Below, piece by piece: positions 11,401 to 17,409 of a stretch of DNA of 33,571 nucleotides. The stretch comes from a virus (taxonomy: Duplodnaviria > Caudoviricetes). Position 1 is the stretch's first letter. Every line of letters begins with the position of its first letter. The position numbers and the translations under genes were made by a program. The stretch lies in the IMG/VR virus record IMGVR_UViG_3300025642_000015, positions 1 to 33,571 of that record; one strand, written 5' to 3'. Below the pieces are notes generated by a model. It did no database searches, was not told the origin of the DNA, and saw only the letters and a program-made list of their open reading frames with translations.

Positions 11401-11750
11401 TAAAGATGCACAAAATACCCTTTGTTAGAAGGGTAGCCGGGGATCAACCGGAATGGGCCAATTCAAGAATATTTCATGAAAACATAGAGGAAGTTCTAAT
11501 AACCAAAGAAAGGCTGAAGGCGTATAGGGGAACACCGGCTTATAAAAAAATATCCATTGCAATGAGGGCGGAACGGTCTTTAATTCCATTAGCAGAAGCA
11601 AGCGAAAAAAGACTGAAGGCGTTAAGGAAGCGGCGCAAACGAGCGATGGCGCTGCAAAACAAACAAATGATAGAGCGAATAGAAGCTCTGATGTCGAGGG
11701 TTTACATTAATTTCAATAAACGGTATAATCAGAGAATAAAGGAGAATTAA
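2481..11750 (+). CDS. large polyvalent protein (injected internal virion protein): RadC/JAB, zincin metallopeptidase, ART-like, LPD38-like C-terminus
   Basis: 3089 aa. HNHPSGDSSPSQPD (JAB/RadC) at about 6390; AHESYH (HExxH) at about 7400; PLVVYHGT...YFSENPDVANAYS...GYDGV...EVAVFNPTQIKS (polyvalent ART-type) at about 7800-8210; C-terminal RDF...DFTKKG...YLFANAGIQG...IPLPWGY...NKNWFG region typical of LPD38-containing proteins. Confidence 0.85.
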   Translation: MNFSYIDDPEWGKLDNETQQKVIGLAFQDNIASDAEWTNLSPGIQKSVQDLYLKDATEYSRSVMPKPGDDDSWNVTRGLKAGALQTAAVVPAVGAMAAKTVGLDSAAESMMGAAQGLMKKSEKYQPDTSFKELVDDPSIEGAADWAMYTIGNFAPSLVVGFGGAATGAKITTKIFLKNAIKKGVSKGLTAEAAAKAVTEQAIKKATLRGAQVGIVGSTAPLEGGHMFMEDVESHGIEDASVGKSVLMGGLAGMVELGVGGFGKGHMRLIEKFMGTAAKETAEQSPKLAVRMLKEIGRQSGGEAFQELTQEELAILNEAWTATPDEEYDTTSKENLMRLAESAAGGGLIGIPGGMAGGIGGPEKEVINLPDVDPTAEQPDIPPVKDWEFGKVGDSFKKGMEAAAALKATQAPRVEPEGYRPAKESAKVFEETLSAEERLRQSEVGRESLKKQYTEEVAAGGREAVAKEYKGKPVTGEIMTPDELSVTRELMRDELRQSGEERGRETRASAAGKALEKVGPVEAERLLKEDVRTRQYFGQGFLTNDRAKQLNEIITQNDITSMAGTPNGLVQVGESRAMGVPEKGTIPDDKGTVTPISPPLTPDKPPITDVKKAVATKGRAPESAEIPQKEPATLPEPKAGAAEKAFLKAGGKKPKDLYEAEIAEEDGKTTAEGGEYAKDVVSHAKQEEARTEFYESAAKEGHSAQAHDIIGGNIDRLLDDVRRGRITNEKAVAMHEDAVKNGIAIPEKLEQLKKRIKPKKAEAPEGKEPWEMSAEEFKNRVIEEDNLKTGPLSLKRGGHISLEPQVEKAVKQFHEWGIRTRSSAGYQHDVIRPGAPTGYTGITFENGKIPQEAIAKIKKEYPDVEITDNKINFLYDFLGGIGDVNKPKNVKPQVEKWDSILKIIEPYVSHRQITEQAIKEGKIKSHPDYPDLGKQVEKPKETKKAKAPEPKKKRVSKGPTTIRGTIKAMGFINFLNMKGEVKDMPFGARILTRANSGVPYDLAEKSLKAEGWMYENESLIELLPSEEFRKRRHLTVDTLERKDNLTGTEKQFKEDLEHEPESPPEGNYVQMNAEDLPEGKKLTIIEGNSADGWDTYEVTEKDPFGVTLKDGTIIELSPLDQVDVLMDDVKDVPGVAESQTKMFGPDPGQLDMFGGAPKQAKAKRTRKKKTPTVRKEAQIDLFTGKAKQIQKDLFKPFPKKPPILTKAPASNRAKGLSPGTFMHTSGHIRGPSTTVKSVDEVASLLAHIRKDNQENLFAITTDKDGKILEIHQYSRGTKSESNVHSIEVAGHVLNIPDAHTVYVAHNHPSGDSSPSQPDLSLMEVIGEIVELKGIKFEAFIIAGNGYRRFDGEKYAKEMMRRSGLSEVNFQALGKENEDERDFKAEKYTNKPHTKLTPVSRTKRMPIKKRGMHPKRISGESITNPDEIVNLVKSKYGGEDGFVFLGSKLNVVGFLPFPSGMPIKEAAAKFIQAAENANAAGSVLSVNDPLASKPGRIGFVSAIAQNLNSTLKLFDIIENGNSYATSGRLGLMTTGPTPFNNLYSKNALYSVNPGNPLTGLTRDHLKKIFHWADSVRTLKDGSTLITKGTRQFKIARVDHIAIDKAAFEIAYRRKPTSADVAAGAYQDGTITLSDIADAGTVAHESYHYLRASGLVNNADVRAIHRVIGKDATEEQEAEWIEKNINDRNQKGRLGKLIQKIRDFVDSIVNLFHRTATGVVRDIESGKAFTDKQSPVFEFAQAVSYSLAQAKRNILDNPAFVKWFGDSKVVDDAGKPLVVYHGTRASFSKFDPKIKREDSDQGWLGSNMIYFSENPDVANAYSDSATTKEDETSFGGKTFSKDARVIPVYLSVQKIYRFPDNRDIPINKEEADAFREEMLSKGYDGVYLPYVFYGKEEVKFNEVAVFNPTQIKSIYNKGTFDPANPDIRYQAKSKALREGMPAYSLPKTETPEGGKNRAGVLYEKGEVPDGSFVHGRVGKQSLRDDVVILGTNDWEVAEQYAGDNGSMWLLEPSTTSKVLDADKNYFKIVDALFADYKKGALPYELEKTIEYEIKEYGLSGTKEKIAMEIVPEDIVGDAGMWDSIDFVEWVVDRFEYDIVVWNEGESAAIINKNNIKTQKVNKGAPKYSVAQKAAEKRYTKVLNEAAGDHKAPKDGEKSKALREGMPAYSVKEYDGSLPETTVDKAKKALERPFNDTMAWLVDKNRPISTVQSHLEKVTDEIDVFLKETQRPKRTAAKVKKAWNEEVKPIITKMAQFKINIQDLETYKHALHAHEANAALRRANAKIQVGKIVKVLDASNEEKKASAINESVKDLEKPEEWYTALNDIIDTYADEESLENTLAKWKIFSEKPSGMTDIEATEILKEYKGDKNIEELGVMLDAINDNKLELLFNSGLLPQQEYEAVKNKYENYVPLYREGFDDSLFGTSRGLKPSGRQIKVRGGSTRTVVNILAHSIANYEKAINASEKAISQRALLGLVQANPESDVITVEPVKKSPRHDKDGNLRMYPNLADVQKNEVRLMVDGKQYLLAVQRDNKDAMLMMKTLKAESETSGPVVNALAKFNRFLAKINTTWSPEFIISNFARDFGTANINIKDTGVKGKGMFKGAKDAWGAIFAIERGKPKGTKLEGYYKRFMAAGGKIGWSDVHDSAESLTKKITSELEMESGKRPVRKTVQGWLQLIEDANTSIENGIRLHVFKLSVDQGKTDERAAQIASDLTVDFTKKGTAGPVINSLYLFANAGIQGSYRVLRAATKSRAVQKTLAGVFTAGFTVGMLNAIAGGDDEDGEAYINKIDGFIKDRNAVFVIPGTKGRSAKIPLPWGYNTVWNMGTEAARAFTEENFSPLESAGRLARSFANAFNPVASGTLLQTLAPTVADPFVQIAENKNWFGGELMPGVNKFDKTPSPDSQRYWRSASVGSKWITEQLNSITGGDKIKPGAIDVSPETLDLMVDTLGGSALRFVKDSLSLPLKVVRKEEIKMHKIPFVRRVAGDQPEWANSRIFHENIEEVLITKERLKAYRGTPAYKKISIAMRAERSLIPLAEASEKRLKALRKRRKRAMALQNKQMIERIEALMSRVYINFNKRYNQRIKEN
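8264..8303 (+). repeat. 40-bp perfect direct repeat, copy 1 (encodes KSKALREGMPAYS)
   Basis: GAAATCAAAGGCGCTCAGAGAGGGAATGCCTGCCTACTCC, identical to 8939-8978. Confidence 0.95.
8939..8978 (+). repeat. 40-bp perfect direct repeat, copy 2
   Basis: Identical to 8264-8303. The offset of 675 nt keeps the copies in frame. Confidence 0.95.
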
Positions 11751-11751
11751 A

Positions 11752-11862
11752 ATGCCTGCAAAAGATAAAAAAGGCCCAAGGCAAAGAAGCCCGAAACCAA
11801 GTAAACCAAGAGCCGGTATGCAAAAAGGCAATTGCAAACCAAGAGGGAGAAAAAAGAAATGA
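11752..11862 (+). CDS. small basic peptide (36 aa, MPAKDKKGPRQRSPKPSKPRAGMQKGNCKPRGRKKK)
   Basis: AAGGAG RBS. The stop overlaps the next start (ATGA). Below the ORF-track size cutoff. Confidence 0.6.
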   Translation: MPAKDKKGPRQRSPKPSKPRAGMQKGNCKPRGRKKK

Positions 11863-12302
11863 AAAACTTATTTTTGACATTATTGCTGGTAGTCGGTTTG
11901 TCTGCCCCGGCCTTTTCCGCCGATGTCGCACAAGCTCTTAGCGGGTACGCTCGACATGGTAGAGGAGCCATGGTGACAGCTACTTTCACGGTGACTGCAG
12001 ACGGTTCCGGGAATGTTGCGGCCTTTTCATTCTTAAAGCCCGCTGACATAGATGGCCGATACTTGTTTACGGTTGAAGCCTATTCGTCAACCGACGCTGC
12101 TTTTACCGTAACTATTGAAACAGAGAACGGGTCACCGCTTTTTAGTGAGGCCTGGTCTGCCGCTATTGCCGGTGAAGCACTAAAGAGCGCTGCTGATCGT
12201 TGGCCGATTTACGATACTCCGACAATCGATGTAACCGGGCTTACGGCGACAGAGGTATGCACGGTAATTGTAACCTTTGTTGGCAAAGGGAAAGGATTGT
12301 AA
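11859..12302 (+). CDS. secreted-type beta-rich hypothetical protein
   Basis: Start MKNLFLTLLLVVGLSAPAFSA is a Sec signal peptide. GGGAG RBS. Confidence 0.7.
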   Translation: MKNLFLTLLLVVGLSAPAFSADVAQALSGYARHGRGAMVTATFTVTADGSGNVAAFSFLKPADIDGRYLFTVEAYSSTDAAFTVTIETENGSPLFSEAWSAAIAGEALKSAADRWPIYDTPTIDVTGLTATEVCTVIVTFVGKGKGL

Positions 12303-12304
12303 AG

Positions 12305-14077
12305 ATGAAAAAGATATTTTTGTTTATAATGATGTTGGTGCCACTGTTTATTTTGCCTGGTGCGTTTGCGGATGATTTTCCCCCTGGGGCGCCTCCGTTG
12401 CCCCCGGGTGTGTCTGGTGATGGAGCCAAAGGACTGACTATTGAAGGGTCCGTAAGTGCTGCGGCTGTGAAACTAACCACCGGGGCCGGAGCAAGCAAAG
12501 TTCTCACCTCCGATGCCGCCGGTGATGCAACTTGGGAAACTGCACCATCTGGCACTGTGCCGGATTCAGGCACAGATACAGACGCTCGACTGGTCGGAGA
12601 TGGGGCGCACGGGTGGAGCGTGTATTCTGGGGTATTTTCAACAACCGCATATGGAATCAGGTGGAAGGCCGGTGCCGGTAACGATACTTACGAAAAAGGC
12701 GTTATAGTAAATCAAGCCGGGACGTTCCTGGCTGTCACTTACACTGATTATCCCATACAGGATCAGATGCGGCGGTGTGTGCTTAGTGATGCAGGGGTTG
12801 TGCAGTATTATCTTGAGTATGATGATAGTTATAATAAAGCGGGTGTTGCTCCTTCTGTGACCGGCACTGATGATACCGGCACGGCGGATAAATTAAGCGA
12901 TGCTGGTATCTTTACCGGCGCTGCATCAGTTTATGTCGGCTATTATGTCCACAATACAACCGATGACACATACGCTATAATCACAGCCAAAGACAGTGAT
13001 GATGTACTGTCAATCGGCTCAGATATAATGGACAGTGCGGAGACGTTTGAAATCTGCACAGCTAACCTTGGCGGCACAGACGGTCAGGTGATGGTTGAGA
13101 TTCCGCAATTCTACTCTCTGCAACACCAGGATGGCAATTACAGATATTTTATGATTGCTCAAGGGCCATTTCGGATGATTTTATCGACCGGCGAGACTGT
13201 TGTGGCGGCTATTAATACGGCATTTTATAAAGGCGGGTCGGCTACCCCATCAGAATACCGCTATATCGGTGCCTACGAGGGTAGTATGTACGATGCTTCA
13301 GCCGGCGTTATGGTTGCCCCTGCTGATATTGTCACGTCTCTGTATGCAGCCGGTGACAAACTTTGTTCTTATGCTGCTCAATATCCAAAGGTGACTGAAA
13401 CAATCGTTGAATTTAGGGCGATGGCTGAAGAGCGAGGCACAGGCTGGCATCAGTTCGATTATGCGCTTAATGCAGCGTTGCAGGCGCTTTATCTAACTGA
13501 ATACGCTGATTTTGATTCTCAAACCAAAATTGGTGCCGGTAGAACTGCGTTAACTGGTGGCACGTGGGTAGCAGATAGCTATATTGGCCAGTGCGGAAAA
13601 TCAAACCCAGACGGCAACATAACCGGGAATACTGGTGGAGACACAAACGACGCCTATATGTCTTACCGGGGTGTCGAAAATTGGTATGGAAATGTCTATA
13701 AATGGGCTGATGGTTGCAACATCAATAACGATGGCGCCTCGTCGAAACTGTATCTCTGTACTGACTATATAAATTATGTCTCCAATACAGCATCTAATTA
13801 CATTTTAGCAGGGAATTTAGGTGAGGCAGATGGGTATGCGGTCGATTTTTTAGATATCATTGGTATATGGGCGTCATCGGTCTCCGGTGGCAGTTCAGCA
13901 ACATATTTGTGTGATTATTACTACACGTCATTTGATACGACCCCATCTGGAGGATGGCGTGTTGTTCGCGTCGGGGGTCGCGCGGCTGATGGGGCGATTG
14001 CGGGTGCGTTCTACGTGGCTGCGACCCATGCGTCTTCGACTGCGGGTACGAATCTCGGCGGGCGGCTCTGCTTTTAA
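12305..14077 (+). CDS. DGR target protein: tail-fibre/adhesin-like with C-terminal CLec-type variable region and N-terminal signal peptide
   Basis: MKKIFLFIMMLVPLFILPGAFA signal. Motifs DGQVMVEIP, YIGAYEG, YRGVENWYGNVYKW, and terminal RVGG...AGAFY...GGRLCF. The last 120 nt match the TR with A-specific changes. Confidence 0.9.
   Translation: MKKIFLFIMMLVPLFILPGAFADDFPPGAPPLPPGVSGDGAKGLTIEGSVSAAAVKLTTGAGASKVLTSDAAGDATWETAPSGTVPDSGTDTDARLVGDGAHGWSVYSGVFSTTAYGIRWKAGAGNDTYEKGVIVNQAGTFLAVTYTDYPIQDQMRRCVLSDAGVVQYYLEYDDSYNKAGVAPSVTGTDDTGTADKLSDAGIFTGAASVYVGYYVHNTTDDTYAIITAKDSDDVLSIGSDIMDSAETFEICTANLGGTDGQVMVEIPQFYSLQHQDGNYRYFMIAQGPFRMILSTGETVVAAINTAFYKGGSATPSEYRYIGAYEGSMYDASAGVMVAPADIVTSLYAAGDKLCSYAAQYPKVTETIVEFRAMAEERGTGWHQFDYALNAALQALYLTEYADFDSQTKIGAGRTALTGGTWVADSYIGQCGKSNPDGNITGNTGGDTNDAYMSYRGVENWYGNVYKWADGCNINNDGASSKLYLCTDYINYVSNTASNYILAGNLGEADGYAVDFLDIIGIWASSVSGGSSATYLCDYYYTSFDTTPSGGWRVVRVGGRAADGAIAGAFYVAATHASSTAGTNLGGRLCF
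13955..14074 (+). repeat. DGR variable repeat (VR)
   Basis: Aligns ungapped to 14107-14226. By hand count 25 of 26 mismatches fall at TR adenines. Confidence 0.95.
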
Positions 14078-14093
14078 ACGAAAACGATTTATA

Positions 14094-14330
14094 GGATAAA
14101 ATTGCAAGGCGTGTTGTTCACGTCGGTGGTAACGCGAATAATGGGACGAATGCAGGTGCGTTCTACGTGAATACGAACAATACGTCTTCGAATGCGAATA
14201 CGAATATCAGCAGGCAGCTCAGCTTATTTTTAAACTCTGTGATGCAATTTTATCCCTGCCTCTTGGCAAAATACAAAACTCAGCTCCATTTGTGCTGGTA
14301 CGGTAACGGAACGCTCAGGAGTTAAATAAG
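14094..14330 (+). ncRNA. putative DGR template RNA with flanking structure
   Basis: GGATAAAATTGCA (14094-14106) and TGCAATTTTATCC (14243-14255) form a perfect inverted repeat enclosing the TR. A TGCC-TCTT-GGCA hairpin follows at 14257-14268. Confidence 0.65.
14107..14226 (+). repeat. DGR template repeat (TR)
   Basis: Rich in AAT/AAC/ACG codons. Non-coding copy of the VR directly upstream of the RT. Confidence 0.95.
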
Positions 14331-14335
14331 CAGTC

Positions 14336-15406
14336 ATGAAACGATACGATAGTCTATTTGAGAAAATATGCAGTTTAGAAAATATTGAGTTGGCACATGA
14401 ACATGCAAAAAAGGGCAAGACGCATTACAGCGCTGTGAAATTAATAGAATCTGATAGGCAATATTATTTTAATGAAATTAAAAAACTTTTAGAATCAAAA
14501 ATGTTTCATACGGCACAATATACAAAATTAATAAAAAATGAATATGGGAAAGTTCGCGTGATTCATAAATTACCCTATTACCCGGATCGAATTATACACC
14601 ATGCAATTGTGCAAATCGTCGGTAAAATATGGGATAAAACTATGATTCGTGACACATACGCATGTATTAAACATCGAGGTATCCATGACGGTGCTAAGCG
14701 TTTGAAACAAGCATTAAAAGATACTGTAAACACAAAATATTGCCTTAAAATGGACGCAAGAAAATTCTATCCAAGTATGGATCATGATATTTTAAAATCA
14801 ATTATTCGTAAAAAAATAAAAGATTCAAATCTTTTGGAATTGCTTGATGAAATCATTGATAGCCTCAATAGCAAAAGTGGGATAGGCGTTCCTATCGGAA
14901 ATTATTTAAGTCAATTTTTTGGAAACTTATATTTGACCGGGTATGATCATTACATGAAAGAAATGCATGGTTGTCATTATTATTTTAGATACTGTGATGA
15001 TGTCGTTATCCTGGATGCAAGCAAAAATAGATTGCACAAACTGCGATGGCAAACACAACAATATTGGGCTAACGTTTTAAATTTAATACTGAAAAAGAAT
15101 TGGCAGGTTTTCCCTGTTGATGTACGTGGTATTGATTTTCTTGGATATAGATTTTTCCATCAATACACTCTGCTACGAAAATCAATCGGCACTAAGTTCA
15201 AAATCAAAATGGATATAATAAAAAACAATTGGGCAGATATGACGCCAATCAGCGTTGTCAGTAGCATTATGAGTTATAGGGGTTGGATGAAATATGCTGA
15301 TTGTCACAATCTACAGCATAAACACATTGATGATCAGGTTAAAGAGATATTAACACACAACCAAGCTGTAATTAAAATTGCAAACATTAAAATTCGGAGT
15401 AATTAG
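14336..15406 (+). CDS. DGR reverse transcriptase
   Basis: 356 aa. Motifs YYPDRIIHHA, YCLKMDARKFYPS, GVPIGNYLSQ (DGR-type SQ motif), YFRYCDD, GIDFLGY. Confidence 0.95.
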   Translation: MKRYDSLFEKICSLENIELAHEHAKKGKTHYSAVKLIESDRQYYFNEIKKLLESKMFHTAQYTKLIKNEYGKVRVIHKLPYYPDRIIHHAIVQIVGKIWDKTMIRDTYACIKHRGIHDGAKRLKQALKDTVNTKYCLKMDARKFYPSMDHDILKSIIRKKIKDSNLLELLDEIIDSLNSKSGIGVPIGNYLSQFFGNLYLTGYDHYMKEMHGCHYYFRYCDDVVILDASKNRLHKLRWQTQQYWANVLNLILKKNWQVFPVDVRGIDFLGYRFFHQYTLLRKSIGTKFKIKMDIIKNNWADMTPISVVSSIMSYRGWMKYADCHNLQHKHIDDQVKEILTHNQAVIKIANIKIRSN

Positions 15407-15739
15407 ATGACAGATACGGCCATTAAATTATCGGAACATCGTAAGAAACGTTTCGTTGATTTTGCAAAAGAACCTACAATTTTAGACGGCGCGAAAGTGC
15501 GTATTGACGATATCCTCAATAGTGAGATTGAAATTATCGGCTATCGAGTCGCAAAAAGTAAATATACAAAAAACAAGAGTGGTGAGTGTTTGACCATACA
15601 ATTTATTGACAATGGCGGAGAACGGAAGGTTCTATTCACTGGTTCCGATGTTTTGATTGACCAAATGAATAAATACAAAAGCGAAATTCCATTCACAGCA
15701 ACAATTAAACGTGTTGATAGATATTACATATTAACCTAA
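15407..15739 (+). CDS. small beta-rich protein abutting DGR RT; candidate accessory factor
   Basis: 110 aa. The start codon immediately follows the RT stop. Shares the AT-rich composition of the RT gene. Not helical like Avd. Confidence 0.7.
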   Translation: MTDTAIKLSEHRKKRFVDFAKEPTILDGAKVRIDDILNSEIEIIGYRVAKSKYTKNKSGECLTIQFIDNGGERKVLFTGSDVLIDQMNKYKSEIPFTATIKRVDRYYILT

Positions 15740-15752
15740 CGGGAGATAAACA

Positions 15753-16142
15753 ATGAAAACGATTATAACGATGTTGGCAACCATTTTATTTACGTTCACA
15801 GCGTTCGCAGCCGATTACACATATTCAAACCATGAACCCCAGATTCAGCGGCTTCAAGGCGTTGTACTTTATCCGTATGAGATTGAAGAGATTAAAACAG
15901 AAGACGGTATAGGTTACAAATACAAACTTTTGCGGCTTGAAGATACCGGACAGGCAATACATCAGGACAGGGGGCAATTCGCAGTTGAGAATCGGCGTGT
16001 AATTGCTGAACAACTTTATGATTTCACTGATTTGGTTGAGGCTCAGAAGGGTGCAGAACTGGACAGCAAGATATCGGTTGATTTTGCAAAGCCAATTAAG
16101 AAGCTGGAAGTTGAAGAAGTCAAACCTTTACCCACGAAATGA
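15753..16142 (+). CDS. hypothetical protein with signal peptide
   Basis: GGGAG RBS. MKTIITMLATILFTFTAFAA signal. Confidence 0.7.
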   Translation: MKTIITMLATILFTFTAFAADYTYSNHEPQIQRLQGVVLYPYEIEEIKTEDGIGYKYKLLRLEDTGQAIHQDRGQFAVENRRVIAEQLYDFTDLVEAQKGAELDSKISVDFAKPIKKLEVEEVKPLPTK

Positions 16143-16176
16143 TAGGGATTACAGACCTAAACGAAATGAGGAAACT

Positions 16177-16509
16177 ATGAAAAAGCTACTTTTAATTTTG
16201 ACAATTTTACTATTTACAGTTCCGGCTTTCAGCGCTGATGTCAAGCTGGCATGGGATAAAAATTTAGAAGCTGGCGTTCAATACCGAATCTATGCGGCCC
16301 GATACGCCCAGGACTACGATTATACAGCCCCGCTTTATGATGGTGCGGCTACGTCATGCACGGTTATAGTCGATGCCAGCGCAGAATATAAGTTCGTAGC
16401 GAGGGCCTATCTGGTGGGAGCGTCCGGGCAGGTCTATGAGTCAGGCAACTCAAACCAGGTTGTTCATGCCGTGGTAGTCTGGACAAACCCTAACTTGAGA
16501 GTGGAATGA
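16177..16509 (+). CDS. secreted fibronectin type III-like protein
   Basis: MKKLLLILTILLFTVPAFSA signal, then VKLAWD...YRIY...YKFVARAY...ESGNSNQV (FN3 pattern). GAGG RBS. Confidence 0.7.
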   Translation: MKKLLLILTILLFTVPAFSADVKLAWDKNLEAGVQYRIYAARYAQDYDYTAPLYDGAATSCTVIVDASAEYKFVARAYLVGASGQVYESGNSNQVVHAVVVWTNPNLRVE

Positions 16510-16585
16510 TCGGAGAGTAATCATGGTGCTGGGGGTCACGTTGTTAATTGATAGGGATTACAAACCTTAAAATAGGAGAAATAAA

Positions 16586-16693
16586 ATGGCTAAAAAAGGA
16601 ACACCGAAAAAAGATGGATCTGGCAAAGGGATCGGCAACAAAGGCCGTGGAGGATGTAAAACCCCTAAAGGCGGACGGAAAGGACAGCGATAG
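16586..16693 (+). CDS. small Gly/Lys-rich peptide (35 aa, MAKKGTPKKDGSGKGIGNKGRGGCKTPKGGRKGQR)
   Basis: AGGAG RBS, ATG at 16586, TAG at 16691-16693. Confidence 0.6.
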   Translation: MAKKGTPKKDGSGKGIGNKGRGGCKTPKGGRKGQR

Positions 16694-16773
16694 TCGCAAA
16701 GGTGTATAAGCGTGAGTGGTGGATGACGGGAGAAGAAGCCGTTAACTGCGGTTTTGCTGATGGGTTTTTATAA
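16690..16773 (+). pseudogene. ClpP-like protease C-terminal remnant
   Basis: Translates to IVAKVYKREWWMTGEEAVNCGFADGFL*, matching the ClpP WMTAxEAxxxGFAD motif. An in-frame stop lies upstream at 16666. Confidence 0.5.
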
Positions 16774-16783
16774 GGAGATTCTA

Positions 16784-17005
16784 ATGGCAGGTGAAAATGT
16801 TGATACCCTGAAAGATGATATTACGGAAATAAAGGAAACCCAACAAGCTATTTATAAAATTTTAAATGGTAATGGCGGTGTTGGGCTTGTTACGAGAGTG
16901 GCGCTTTTGGGCGCATCATTGGGGCGTGCCTGGGGCGCTTTGTGGCTGATAATTATCGGTCTTTCGGGGCTTGCGTTTTATATTATTCGGTGTGGGTTGA
17001 TTTAA
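16784..17005 (+). CDS. holin-like membrane protein
   Basis: AAGGAG RBS. Coiled N-terminus, LNGNG motif, C-terminal TM helix. Overlaps the endolysin start. Confidence 0.55.
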   Translation: MAGENVDTLKDDITEIKETQQAIYKILNGNGGVGLVTRVALLGASLGRAWGALWLIIIGLSGLAFYIIRCGLI

Positions 17006-17409
17006 TGCCAAGGTTTTCAGAAACATCTCGCAGCCGCCTGGCAACCTGTCATCCATTATTGCAGGATATTTTTGACGATGTGATCAAAACATTCGATTGT
17101 ACGATTCTATGTGCGATTCGAGGCAAGGCAGAGCAGAATCGGCTATATTCAATAGGTAAGTCAAAAGTGGTGTACCCGGATAGCAAGCATAATTCAACGC
17201 CGTCTATGGCTGTTGATGCCTGCCCGTATCCGGTAGATTGGGCCGATACTGACCGGATGTATTTCTTTGGTGGCTTTGTTGTCGCTCACGCCCGGGTAAA
17301 AGGGATCCCAATTCGCTGGGGCGGAGATTGGGATTCGGATACTTTTGTGCATGACCAGAAATTTATTGATTTGGCCCACTTTGAATTAATTGTAAGAGGT
17401 GATGCATAA
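17005..17409 (+). CDS. endolysin, L-alanyl-D-glutamate peptidase (peptidase M15 family)
   Basis: Motifs FSETSRSRL..CHP, SKHN, AVDACPYP, IRWGGDW, DLAHFEL. Confidence 0.85.
   Translation: MPRFSETSRSRLATCHPLLQDIFDDVIKTFDCTILCAIRGKAEQNRLYSIGKSKVVYPDSKHNSTPSMAVDACPYPVDWADTDRMYFFGGFVVAHARVKGIPIRWGGDWDSDTFVHDQKFIDLAHFELIVRGDA

Noticed and set aside
14336-15406. RT as group II intron, retron or Abi RT
   Set aside because: An adjacent TR/VR pair with A-specific mismatches and the IGNYLSQ motif identify it as a DGR RT. It has no maturase/endonuclease extension and no VTG motif.
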